From assembly GCF_003918875.1 (NCBI RefSeq), contig NW_025765148.1, positions 372,001 through 436,000 on the forward strand: a stretch of DNA of 64,000 bases, read 5' to 3'. The translations under genes were made by a program, and so were the position numbers. Source of the DNA: Haliotis rubra. Its lineage: Eukaryota. The notes below the pieces were generated by a model, which saw only the letters and a program-made list of their open reading frames with translations, did no database searches and was not told the DNA's origin. This document shows, in pieces, positions 25,575 through 38,588 of the stretch (position 1 is its first letter; every line of letters begins with the position of its first letter).

Positions 25575-28500
25575 ATGAAACAGATTTGTGCAGCTAGGTA
25601 ATGCAGATGTCTATCGTTTACTTCAGTAGTTATTCATAGTATTAGCGAATCCACACAGATTTCTTTGAACTGTCGTCAGTGATTGACATCTGGTCAAACC
25701 TGTATAAGCTGTAACTAAGACTATATTTATGCATAACAGCTTTCAGATCGAGAAACATTCACTGTACTGGTTTTCCTTAATCATTAATCATTTATGAAGA
25801 GGATCCCAGTACATCATATCTTGTATGCGCCTATAATCAGCTGATGCTTGGTGCTTGTCGCCATCGATGATTGTGTGTATCTAAACAGTTTCTCTTGAAG
25901 ACTCTTCATCAACCAATAGCTCCAGACCCAGCTCAGACTGTTTACAGACTCGATCTTGATCTAAACTTAAGCAACGAGTTAAGCATGTAAATATAATAGT
26001 CAAAATCTGAAGTTAATTGCTTAGAATGGTATAGTTTTACTATTACCAGGGTATTATCATAAAGACAATGTGTCACAATAGTTTATATATATACACACAC
26101 ACATATATACATATATATACGTAATAGCTGTTCAAGTAAATGTCTGATTTATGTAAATTGTATCATCATGATCATGTTGATCAATTCTCATTTAATGAAT
26201 ACTGTTAATGCGCAGACTCTCTTTTTGTGCTATTATTGTCTGATGGAGGCTGTCACATTTTGTACGTATATGTTGTAACTAATGTAAGCAGTCCAATTGC
26301 GTAGATTGATGCTCATACTGTTGATCACTGGATTGTCTCTCCCAATCTCAAATATTTACAGACCGCTGGAATATTGCTGAGTGCGGCATAAAACTCAACT
26401 CACTCACACTCACTCACTGTAACTTTAAGCAGCTAGTATTGAAATTTCAGGGAGGCCAGGGTGTATCTGCTGGTCTTGGATCCTTGACATGCTCTCATAG
26501 TCTCTAAATTTGAGGACCTCCTAATTCTGTTTAATCTGGGCAATCACATGGATCACTTCTCTTTCATGCTTAATTTTGAACACTTGTCAGCATTTTGCAC
26601 ATTGTATTACGAAGCAGAAATAATTCTGTTTACCAGCTGAAAAAGTTAGAACGATTATATTGTCTGATAAACAGAATATCACCCCAGTGTGTCTTGTCAT
26701 TAACACGGTCATAGATGGAAGTTTGAAGTGCTTATAGACAAGCTGTCAAAATAATTAATAAGATTTATTAGTTTTACACTTTTTTCAACAACTGTTGATA
26801 TGTTATATATCAAAAGACACATGGTTCAGATTCAAATAACCACAGTCTTTATGAACCACAAATTCAGATTCAAATAACCACAGACTTTTTCACTTGACAC
26901 CAACATGGGACCTATCATAGTCTAGACCTAGCCTGGAAATTGGCGCAATTTTTTTAATGCTTGGCCACTTAGATGAGTAGTAGCTGTACTTATTAAAGTG
27001 TACTGTATTGTTACTAATTCACTGAATCTGTTTTGTAGGCGGAAAAGAAAGAGTACTTCTCCTCTTGGTTGGCGTGGCAACCAGCTGTCACCAGCTTCCA
27101 TCATGGATCACCTGACAGGTTTCAATAGTTTGGTTACTGTGACAACTGGCATCAACAATGTTATACACTGGTGTCAGCAAAGTTTTCAAACAGTGAGAAA
27201 TGTAGGACTTTTTCTTTGTTTTTTATACCCCTCTGTGGTTGCTTCCCATTCACTTATATATGGGGTAGCCTAGTGGTTAAAGCACTGGCTGGGGCAGTGG
27301 GGTAGCCTAGTGGTTAAAGCAGCATTGGCTGTGGCTGCCTAGTGGTTAAAGCATTGGCTTGGGTGGTGGTGGGGTAGCCTAGTGGTTAAAGCATTGGCTG
27401 GGGTGGTGGGGTAGCCCTAGTGGTTAAAGCATTGGCTGGGGTGGTGGGGGGTAGCCTAGCCTAGTGGTTAAAGCATTGGCTGGGGTGGTGGGGTAGCCTA
27501 GTAAAGCATTGGTGGGGTGGTAAAGCATTGGCTGGGGTGGTGGGGTAGCCTAGTGGTTAAAGCATTGGCTGGGGTGGTGGGGTAGCCTAGTGGTTAAAGC
27601 ATTGGCTGGGGTGGTGGGGTAGCCCTAGTGGTTAAAGCATTGGCTGGGGGTAGCCCTAGTGGGGTGGCTGGGGTGGTGGTTAGCCCTAGTGGTTAAAGCA
27701 TTGGCTGGGGTGGTGGGGTAGCCTAGTGGTTAAAGCATTGGCTGGGGTGGTGGGGTAGCCTAGTGGTTAAAGCATTGGCTGGGGGGTGGTGGGGTAGCCC
27801 TAGTGGTTTAAAGCATTGGCTGGGGGTGGTGGGGTAGCCTAGTGGTTAAAGCATTGGCTGGGGTGGTGGGGTAGCCTAGTGGTTAAAGCATTGGCTGGGG
27901 GGTGATGGGGGTAGCCTAGTGGTTAAAGCATTGGCTGGGGTGGTGGGGTAGCCTAGTGGTTAAAGCATTGGCTGGGGTGGTGGGGTAGCCTAGTGGTTAA
28001 AGCATTGGCTGGGGGGTGGTGGGGGTAGCCTAGTGGTTAAAGCATTGGCTGGGGTGGTGGGGTAGCCCTAGTGGTTAAAGCATTGGCTGTGGGGTAGATT
28101 AGTGGTTAAAGCATTAGTGGGTTAAAAGCTCTAGTGCTAAAGCATTGGCTGGGGTAGCCTAGTGGTTAAAGCATTGGCTGGGGTGGTGGGGTAGCCTAGT
28201 GCCTAGTGGTTAAAGCATTGGCTGGGGTGGTGGGGTAGCCTAGTGGTTAAAGCATTGGCTGGGGTGGTGGGGTAGCCTAGTGGTTAAAGCATTGGCTGGG
28301 GTGGTGGGGTAGCCTAGTGGTTAAAGCATTGGCTGGGGTGGTGGGGTAGCCTAGTGGTTAAAGCTTTGGCTGGGGTGGTGGGGTAGCCTAGTGGTTAAAG
28401 CATTGGCTGGGGTGGTGGGGTAGCCTAGTGGTTAAAGCATTGGCTAGTCACACCGAAGACCAGTCTAAGTAAACATAGGCTCAGTATTATTCGTTACACT

Positions 28501-31500
28501 GCTAAACTGAGTCTAACAACACCTTGTAGAAGGTCGTGTCAGCTAACCTTTTGGACTGACCAATCAGAACACAGCTTACCAAATCGTGAAAGTTAACATT
28601 CACACATACCCATTTGAACCTTTACCTAAAAAACTCGAACGATTCCGAATGCTATTTTCCGCATGATCAATTCCGAGTGATACACACGATGAGTAGACAG
28701 TTGCTGAAAATAGCGTTTTTGTCAATATTTCAGGATGTCATCTTGCGAAAATATAAGCAAATAGTAACCATGTCATTAGAAACCCATTAGCGTATATACT
28801 GCAGGTCAAATATATGTGTTTTATGCAGATTTTTGTTTGTTGATAGATCAGTGTCAGCGACCAGGGAAGAGAAAATAAAAAAACATTTTGTAAGTCCCTC
28901 CGAACCCTAACAAGTAGTCGTTGTCTGATTGGTTAAATCCATTCGGCTGTCTCGCATTTGATTGGTCATAGGTCGCTCAAAGGTTAGCTGACACGACCTT
29001 CTACAAGGTTTTGTTAGACTTAGTATAGCAGTGTAATGAATAATACTGAGCCTAAGTCTACTTAGACAGCACCGAAGACCGGGGTTTGATGTGTGAAGCC
29101 CATTTCTTTTGTCCCCTGCTGTGATATTGATGGAATAATGCTAAATGAGGTGTAAAACCATACTCACTCACTCCCCCCAGTCATTTGTGCTTATTTAAGA
29201 GGCAACTTTGTGGATTGGATGGTCAGTATTGGGTTCATAATTTGTTGATTGCATGCCACTGCATCCGTATTACATGGGGTTAGTCTTCACTAAAAACATC
29301 ATCCCCCCCTCCCCAAATATTGTTTATACCTAATTCTTGTCAAATGTCATTGTTTAACATGATTGCTCATTAGTTTAAAAGTAAGATGGACTAGACCTAC
29401 AGGATTTCAAATATATTGGGTACCCAGCAAAATCTTAGGGGTGAAACGGTATAGCGCAGTATTTTACCTATGGTTCAGTATATTGTAATGCAATCCGAAT
29501 ATTGGGTATTAGTGGTTTAAGTACCATTCTTCTATCTAGTCATAAAATCACAGTTTTGTTCATTCAAAATAACAAAGAATTATGGTTATATTATTTCCAT
29601 GTTATCAGACAATGTAAGGTTTGGCTCTTGTCAGTTTTCTGTATTATGATCATAGCTCATATACCGAACCGAAGGCCTTGTACTAAGTTGTACCGCAATG
29701 CGTACCATACCGTGGTAAGAGCGTACCGTTTCACCCAACATCTCTCGTTACCAAGTGAGCTTGACAGTATGTGAGTCAGTGCTCCATGACTGAATGAGTT
29801 TTGTGGAGACATGTTACAACAGTGGAGGGTTTGCAGGGAGTGGAGAGAGTGCGGAGTGTGTGGGTGACACAGCAGCAGTATCGTCAGCAGCTGCAGGAGA
29901 CGCTGCGTCGTGTTCAGGAACTGGAACGGGAACTACAGGCAGTCCGACAAGAGAAGGTACATATTCTCAGGGCTTAAACCCAGCAACACACAGTTGTCTG
30001 CAGCAAGCTTGTTTTGTGGATCTATCATGTCTGCTGTAGAATATCAGGAACTTTTATGTTCTAACAGGCTGACAGTTGCCTTTATTCAGTAGTGGGTTCA
30101 CTGGGTCAGGAATGTATGGCTACACCCTGTTGATGAGATAAGCATAGACCAAAGCTACGGTTGCTTGTTTTTATTTATGAGTAGGAAGCAGTGATGTAAA
30201 TATAAACTCGTGTCAGTCAGTGTTTATTAAGCTAGAGTTGCGTGTGTTGCTGCAAGGGATGATGGGATAGCTTGGTGGTTAAAGCCTTTTCTTGTGTGTA
30301 AAACTCGGTTTCGATTCTGACATGGGTACAATGTGTGAAGCCCATTTCTGGTGTCATCTGTCGTGATATTGCAGGAATATTGCTAAAATTGGCGTAAAGC
30401 CATACTCACTTGTTGTTGCAAGGCTGGTGTGAATTTACACTGAAACAAAGTATGTCATCCAAGCTACCAGTTGTTGGCCATACATTTTGTGGAAGCCACA
30501 TTGGTGCCTGGGTTTGGTTGCTGATTCTATGTACTGGCATTGAGGTGTCTTCATCTGAGAGTGTGGGTTTGAATTCTTGATGGGACATCAGTCCCAGCGT
30601 TCTTGAAAGTGTAATACTACATATGCCCTGATACAAGGGTGGAAATAACTTTAAAATTGCTAATGGCACATGTACATACTTGCCCTGATATTTTCCATTA
30701 TACCAGGCGTTTTCTTGTTGTTTTTAAATTAAACAACACTTAATACCAAAGTCAACTGGACATGTGAAGTGATATACAAATTTGAGACAGTGGTAGCAAT
30801 GCCGGGCAATGGGTGATACTGGCACTGTGAACTGGAATGTTGTAGCAATGGCAATGTTCTTGATACTGGCACTGTGAACTCATAGCTTGATCTTCTCTTG
30901 CTCATCGTTGGCTCAAGATGCCAAGAAGGCTGTCCCAGACTCGGGCTGTTCTGTCCCACCACCTCCACCACCACCACCCTGTGCCCCTCCACCCCTCCTC
31001 CTCCACCACCACCCCTCCGCCAGCCAGCACTACCCCACAGAAGCTGGTGTTTAAGAAGAAGAAGAGGAGTGATGATGACCGGGTAGGGGATGTAATCATC
31101 AGTCTTTGTATCCTCTGGAATATCTCATGTTCTTGTTCCCCTACCAAAGTGGGCGCCATCAATATTCTCTATATTGTAAGAAAATATACACAGAGCTTTC
31201 ATTGTCAGATACTGTCACAACTTTTTTTTTTTTTTTTTTTGAATACATACTTAAAAGACAAGTAGTTTAACATGCTTATTTCCATTGCTACATCACTGAC
31301 AATCACACAATATTTTGTTCAAGGTTTATTATATATCCTCAGCTATCATGTCCCTATTTCTCTTTGTGTTATATGCATGTTTTGAAAAACAAGGAAAATC
31401 AATTATAAAATCAAAATGGAATATGACTGAATGCATCTCTTTGTTTCAGACACCAGAAGAAAACAAGTCTTCTGGGAAGATGGTGGTTACTGCAGCTGAC

Positions 31501-34358
31501 TTGCTGAAAGTCAAACTGAGGTCAACACCACGTGACACCCCACATGGAGGCCATGAACAGGTACGGGATGTTACATCATGGAGGTGGAAAGTTCATTGCA
31601 ATACAGTTTGTCCAGTATGGCACACGATCAGGTTGAACCATTGTCTTATTCTAATATTTAAAATGCACATATTAAAGTTTTATTTTATTTTGATAAATGG
31701 GTTCATTAACACAAGATACATGCTCAATTACAAACGATTAAACAAATTCATGAAACGTTTTTCTGTAAAATTGTCATATAAGTCTTAAATTGTTTCTGAT
31801 CGGAGCAACAGCATAGAATGTAAATCCCAAGCAGATGTGGGGCTGGGATGATCAAATTGTTTGATGTACCATAAGTTACTGTGCAGAGTTGCTTCCCTTG
31901 GGAACACCAGGAACCTGTTCATGCATCAGTAGATGTTGTCCACTGACTGTCTTCCCTTATTATCTCAGGCCGATGGTAAAGCCCCTGTTGTGAGTGTGGA
32001 GGACTTGAAGAGGGTGTCGCTGCGGAAGACCCAGTCGGCCGTCACTCTGGGGGAACTTGGCAAGGAGAACATGCAACACATGTAAGACAACCTATTACTA
32101 ATCATTAACTACCTGTTACCTTATCGGTAACAACCTATTACTTATCACTAACAACCTATTACTTACAACTAACAAATATTTATGGTTTCAGGACAACTGA
32201 AACTAAACTATTCTTTCACATTTACATGATGTTTACTGATTTATTGAACGATAAATTGAAATGATAAAATTGTTGTGATATTTGAAGTTTAATTGGATCA
32301 TCAAAAGGTGGGTACGCTTATTTTCGCAAAAGCACACCTGAATTATCTGCCTGGTGCCCTATGACACCCATCGAAAAACTTGCATTTTCCTCCTGTGTGA
32401 TGATGTCCCCTCTTGCCCCGTTCAGGCTCCTCCAGGAGGTCATGGTCAACCGCTTCAAGCTGAAGAAGACCACCGTCCAGAGGTAGGTGGGCCGGATGGT
32501 TTGTTGGTTGGTTGGTTATTTAACGCCGCACTCAGCAATATTCCAGCTGTATGGTGACGGTCTGTAAATAATGGAGTCTGGACCAGACAATCCAGTGATC
32601 AACATCATCAGCATCAATCTACGCAATCAACCAAGTCAGCGAGCCTGACCACCCGATCCCGTTAGTCGCCTCAATGTTTTGTTCATTTGGGAGTAGATTC
32701 TAGCAGGACATACAAACATCATTAACAAACTAGTCATGTCCGCTGCCAATACAGGACTCCATTGGTTAGTGGGCTTCGGTTGAAGAGAAAAAAAATATTT
32801 GCAGGGCTCCAGATAATTTTTCAACATCAGGAGTACGTACTCCTTATTTTTTCAATATAGGAGTACAGGAAAAACTTAAGAGCAGATTTTGAGTACTGAA
32901 TGGAATTTACTGACGTATCAGTAATCTTGTGTTTCGTTTCATTTATATGCACCATAACATTGCTACTCTTGTGTAAACAGGTCAAACAATAAAACAATAC
33001 TTCTTCAGCTAAATTCGTCTGTAAATGATTCTAAGACCGTACACCACTGCTGTGGTGCGTATCTGCTACGTTTATTAAATTATTTCCTATCGTATTGTGC
33101 ATATTTTTTATCCATACATACGCCGATATGGCCTTTATCTGTAGCCCTGTATTTGTGTCGGTACAACAGAGTATAAGTTAGTTATTGTAGATCATTAGGT
33201 TGCGATTTTTTCAAGGTAAAAAATGTGCAGCAGGTAAATGTCAGTTTGCAGCAGTTAGTTTGAATTATACAAGAAGAAAATGAGTAAATATTTCGTGGTG
33301 ATTATGAGACAGCTACACATCATGATACTCGTCTCTGTATATACAGGAGTTGAAGGGACTGATGAATTTGGAATTGGAATTTGCCAATGTTTGACACAAA
33401 TGTAAAATGATGGATAAGGAAGGGTCAGGGACCACGTAAATACTTCGACACAAACGTTTAACATGGTGTTTGACTGTATACAAATTCGTTGTGAAACAGG
33501 AAATACTCCTGTGTTAATAAAACATCATTGACAAGGGTTATATCTTGTTTTTCATCTGATTCTTTTGATGGACATTACATACAAGACAGCCAGTTTTCCT
33601 TCGTAATTGTACCCTAATATTATACACAAGAAACTATGGTGATGTACTTGTTATGTCAGGAGTCCGGGTGGAACCCCCATCATTGACAGCGGGGAGAAGA
33701 AGAGGAAGAGGGAGACAGGCCAGGGTCTCACTCCCATCATGACGAGGGCCCTCAGGAAGAAGTTTAGGGTATGTCAGAAATATTACCTCACCTCCATGGT
33801 CTCATCTGTCTGGAGAGTGAAGGTCATTGGTTCGATGCTTGGATACAGCATACCAATAGACCTCAAGAGATGCTACTTCTTGTTACAGTGCATGTAGACT
33901 TAGTCTCTAAAATATGTACATAGTTTTGATAGAAACAAACTGTATAATTTACTTAATGGGTAATAAGATCAAACATACAGGAAAACCACATGCCTTCATG
34001 TTTTGTTAACGTTTATTCATGCTGGAAAATATTTGTGCATTTGCAAAATAGTACATAGTACGCGATGTAACATGGATATCATCACCATGGTAACCATCCT
34101 CTCTGTGCACAGCTGATCCAGTCTGACAGCATCTCCTCCGGTGACTCATCCAGCTCTTTCTCCAGCCCCGACCTCCCTCCGTCAAACACAGCATCATTTA
34201 CCTCGGCGTCAGCCTCCACGCCAACATCAGCCACCACAGACAAGACGACCAAGTCAAAGCGGCGGCGATCGCGGCGTAGCAGCGTAAACATGCGATCACC
34301 CTTGGTGGACATCAACAACGTGAGCGAGACGCAGGAGGTGGCTATATCTCCACTGTGA
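25575..34358 (+). CDS. PRR11: Proline-rich protein 11 ortholog, 9 exons (exon 4 start uncertain)
   Basis: Exons 25575-25597, 27039-27192 (or 27201), 29837-29956, about 30886/30918-31082, 31450-31560, 31969-32081, 32426-32482, 33660-33768 and 34113-34358. Motifs VTAADLLKVKLR, PVVSVEDLKRVSLRK and RSPGGTP...ETGQGLTPIMTRALRKKFR match human PRR11 ITVKDLLTVKLKK, PLVTVSDLQHVTLK and RSPGGTP...ETGTGLTPVMTQALRRKF. Confidence 0.87.
27262..28445 (+). repeat. 37-bp tandem array (about 30 copies) made of the family B SINE head
   Basis: Unit ggggtggtggggtagcctagtggttaaagcattggct is a close variant of the first 37 nt of family B; the SINE body resumes at 28446 and ends at about 29172. Confidence 0.92.
28461..29069. 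mobile_element. MITE with long TIRs and 10-bp TSD (Mutator-like), inserted into a SINE
   Basis: About 90-bp TIRs (cagtctaagta...ggtcgtgtcagctaacctt and its reverse complement); TSD CACCGAAGAC at 28451-28460 and 29070-29079. Confidence 0.85.
32802..33149. mobile_element. hAT-like MITE
   Basis: Ends CAGGGCTCCAGATAA / TTATCTGTAGCCCTG; TATTTG on both flanks. Confidence 0.6.
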
Positions 34359-34459
34359 TACCTCAGTCCTATGTTGTGGTGTATGATTTATTTGGCCAGA
34401 GCCTGTATCTGGTGTCCCTTGCCCTTATATTTAAAACCCAACTCACTCATTCACTTCAT

Positions 34460-35915
34460 ACCTTGTTCTCTCTACTGATCAAACCTTGTTCTCTCTACTG
34501 ATCAAACCATGTTCACACTACTGATCAAACCTTGTTCTCTCTACTGATCAAACCTTGTTCTCTCTACTGATCAAACCTTGTTCTCTCTACTGATCAAACC
34601 TTGTTCTCACTACCGATCAAACCTTGTTCTCACTACTGATCAAACCTTGTTCTCACTACTGATCAAACCTTGTTCTCACTACTGATCAAACCTTGTTCTC
34701 ACTACCGATCAAACCTTGTTCACTACCGATCAAACCTTGTTCACACTACCGATCAAACCTTGTTCTCACTTCTGATCAAACTTCTCTACTGATCAAACCT
34801 TGTTCTCACTGATCAAACCTTGTTCTCACTACTGATCAAACCTTGTTCTCTCTACTGATCAAACCTTGTTCTCACTACTGATCAAACCTTGTTTCTCAAA
34901 CTCACACTACTGATCAAACCATGTTCACACTACTGACTATCCTCACTAATGATCAAACCTTGTTCTCTCTACTGATCAAACCTTACTCACTACTCTCAAA
35001 CTTGTTCTCACTACTGATCAAACCTTGTTCTCACTACCTGATCAAACCTTGTTCATCACCTTGTTCTCTCTACTGATCAAACCTTGTTCTCTCTACCGAT
35101 CAAACCTTGTTCTCTCTACTGATCAAACCTTGTTCTCACTACTGATCAAACCTTGTTCTCACTACTGATCAAACCTTGTTCACACTACCGATCAAACCTT
35201 GTTCTCACTACTGATCAAACCTTGTTCACACTACCGATCAAACCTTGTTCTCACTACCGATCAAACCTTGTTCTCACTACTGATCAAACCTTGTTCTCAT
35301 AAACCTTGTTCTCTGATCAAACCTTGTTCTCACATCACTGATCAAACCATGTTCTCACTACCGATCAAACCTTGTTCTCACACATCTACTGATCAAACCA
35401 TGTTCACACTACTGATCAAACCATGTCACTACTGATCAAACCTTGTTCACACTACTGATCAAACCTTGTTCACACTACTGATCAAACCTTGTTCTCACTA
35501 CTGATCAAACCATGTACACACTACTGATCAAACCATGTACACACTACTGATCAAACCTTGTTCACACTACTGATCAACCATGATCAAATCAAACCATGTT
35601 CACACTACTGATCAAATCTTGTTCTCACTACTGATCAAACCTTGTTCTCACTACTGATCAAACCTTGTTCACACTACTGATCAAACCTTGTTCTCACTAC
35701 TGATCAAACCTTGTTCTCACTACTGATCAAACCTTGTTCACACTACTGATCAAACAATGTTCACACTACTGATCAAACCTTGTTCTCACTACCGATCAAA
35801 CCTTGTTCTCACTACTGATCAAACCATGTACACACTACTGATCAAACCATGTACACACTACTGATCAAACCATGTTCACACCGGTGATCAAACCATGTAC
35901 ACGCCACTGATCAAA
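34460..35915. repeat. 23-bp minisatellite, about 60 copies, about 100 bp after the PRR11 stop codon
   Basis: Unit actactgatcaaaccttgttctc with variants. Confidence 0.95.
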
Positions 35916-36365
35916 TCATATTGACAAAACAAATAGGATAGCTTAGTGACTTTCAATCACTATCATATCATTTATTATTGTTAATGACAAAGTTTTCCAA
36001 TTGTTTCGTGAGCACATTCAAACAATGTGTTTATGTCATGTTGATGAGAAAAATCTTCATGTAAGTCCATTTAAAAATCATGTTGAAATCTTAAGCTTTG
36101 AATGTGAATGTAATATGATATTAGTAAACGGGTAAATACGATATAGTGGATGTGTTTCTGTGTAGAGATAGCCAGATCAAGGGGCTGGACTTAATTGTCT
36201 TTCACCACAGACTGTTCTACGGACTGAATGCCGAACACCCAGATTTACTTCCCCACAATACTACCATTGTGTGGAGCTGTGATATTGCTGGAATATTGCT
36301 TACAGCGGCATAAAACTATATTCACTCGCCTACTACTAACAGACTGGTCTGACCCACCTCGGTAC

Positions 36366-36951
36366 TAGGGCTGCAATGAATCCACTCGGAGGAGAATATG
36401 ATACAATCCACGGATATTGTGTACTGAATACAGTACAAGCTCCGCTGTAGATGTATTATTGAATATACAGAGAAACAATAACAAAAGTATTCTTTGTCAA
36501 GTTTTGGCCATGTTGACAGTGTTAGTTTACTTAGAGAAACAAATAAAGGATCACAGGAAAATTAAAGCGTTCCTTTAATATTTTCCACTTTACATCACGA
36601 GCTCTGAATAACGCTGTGGTGATGAATACTGGAAAATAATATAGGAACGCTTTAATTTTCCTGTGATCCTTTATTTGTTTCTCTCAGTATATATCACAGC
36701 TTTGACCAGTGACCACATGTGTATTACTGTCAAATCTAATATATAAGAGTGTTGACTATTTGCTTGTCTTTCTTGGATATAATCCAGTTTAAGTATCTTG
36801 TTTTGATAATTAACACCCAAATTCAAGTAAAGAGACTCCTTGTAGAAATATTCATGAAATTCCATTCAGGTGATCACAAACAACGAAATAATTAATTCAT
36901 GAAGAGATACGGTTCGATTCACGAATACACAAGTGTATGGTAACAGCCCTA
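36366..36951. mobile_element. MITE-like element with an internal palindrome of about 150 bp (36533-36685); partial second copy at about 40619-40853
   Basis: Ends TAGGGCTG / CAGCCCTA; internal arms agagaaacaaataaaggatcacaggaaaattaaagcgttcct and its reverse complement. No TSD seen. Confidence 0.55.
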
Positions 36952-37170
36952 GTAACCATGTAATTGTGTTGTGTGGTGTTGCAGTGAGGTAGTACTGTGA
37001 AACCCACATTAGCAAATAAACACAGTGATTGGCAGAATTAAGAAATGCATGTCAATTTGTTCTTGAAGCAGCCGATAGTCTGGTCTTTCTTACACATCTC
37101 TTATATATCTCTACAGAGGCCCCTGTAAGGTGGAGAGTGAAACTCATTCCTTTTTGTTTAAAAAAGCCAG

Positions 37171-37311
37171 GGCCCTGTTTCACAAAGCTCTCGTAAGCCT
37201 AAGATCTTTTCTCGTAGCATTCGTAGTCCCTATGTTACGGTATAGGAGGTACAAATACTATGAGAAAAGTTACGAGATCTTAGGCTTACGAGAGCTTTGT
37301 GAAACAGGGTC
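37171..37311. mobile_element. Palindromic Harbinger-type MITE
   Basis: Arms ggccctgtttcacaaagctctcgtaagcctaagatct and agatcttaggcttacgagagctttgtgaaacagggtc; CAG duplicated at 37168-37170 and 37312-37314. Confidence 0.75.
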
Positions 37312-38414
37312 CAGGAATCTGCTGCTACACTCACTTGTACCCCTTGTAATGAATGTTGATCATTATTAAAATATAAATAGAATATTTATTTCTCTGAAGG
37401 GAAGAGCCAATCTAGTGTATTTTACCCTGTTTATTTTTTTTTCTGTACAATCAGCTTGTTTTATTTGTTGTTGAAAATATGGGGGTTAATTGTACCGAAT
37501 GAACCTTTTATCAAAACAAAAGACTGATTGCTAATTCCCAAGGATTCAGTCCCTGTTGCACCTGTAAGGTATCCTTGTAGATGTTGCGAAATGTGTTTTG
37601 TTGAAATATAGTAAAATATGTGTTTCTGTCATATCATTCATTTTTTAAGGTGATCTCAGTAAGTTTTCATCTATCTTGGAAATACAATTCCCATCTCTGC
37701 AGGATCGTCATGTAAGGTGGGGTATACACCTGGGCATAGATGAGGTTGATGTCTGTGTTCATATGGGTGTGGGTTAAACATCAGTCATATTTATTTTGTG
37801 GAACATAGTCAATATTTCACTGGTTCTTTGTACACAATGTTCTCTATTTATAGAGCTGTCTGCTTGGCATAATAGTTGTAGCCCCTTGTATCTCCTAATA
37901 TGGCTCAGCATCCTAGATTTGTATTGCTTGTTTTTCAAACTATCTCTCTTTATATTTAACAAGACAAAAGGCACAGAAATTGTTTATTATGTACCTATTT
38001 TAGAAGATGTTTCTGTAAAATGTGTTTAATGATTTTATGTTTGTTAAAACTTAATGCATAATATGCATTCATATTTATACAACTCATGCATATTTCATCA
38101 TCTCAAGAAAGATGCATTTTATGGAAGCTTCTGACTCTCATAATGCTAACTGGTGCCTTGTCTTGTTGATCAATGTTATACAATACTCACTGACTGCCAG
38201 ACATTTACTGATTGCATGTATTCAGCTTTGCCTGATCACAATTTAAAAGTTTCATTTTCATTTGTTGTTTAATGCCGCACTCAGCAATATTCAACCTGTA
38301 TGGGGCGATTTTTGAATAATTGAGTCTGGACCAGACAATCCAGTGATCACAAGCATTGACTTCAAGGTAATGTAATAGTAATGCTTCATGCCTCTGCATA
38401 GTCATGTTATTTGT

Positions 38415-38588
38415 GGGGCGGTGGGGTAGCCTAATGGTTAAAGCGTTGACTCGTCACGCCGAAGACCCGGGTTCGAATCCCCACATGGGCACAATGTGTG
38501 AAGCCCATTTCTGGTGTCCCCCGCCGTGATGTTGCTGGAATATTGCTATAAAGCGGCATAAAACCAAACTCAGTCAGTCAGTCAGTCA
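38415..38588 (+). mobile_element. tRNA-derived SINE family B (about 170 bp); further copies at about 17808-17969(-), 19215-19378(-), 30256-30410, 42533-42690(-), 44193-44347(-), 44511-44672, 48843-48992(-), 49361-49515(-), 56648-56781
   Basis: A box TAGCCTAGTGG, B box GGTTCGAATCCC, tail GGAATATTGCTAAAAGCGGCGTAAAAC(CACT/CAGT)n; 14-bp TSD GTCATGTTATTTGT. Confidence 0.9.

Noticed and set aside
27262-28445. CRISPR-like or telomeric appearance of the regular arrays
   Set aside because: No unique spacers, no cas genes and no TTAGGG units; these are tandem repeats in a eukaryotic context.
38415-38490. tRNA gene calls for A/B-box sequences
   Set aside because: They are SINE heads followed by a shared body, tail and TSD, without a complete cloverleaf.
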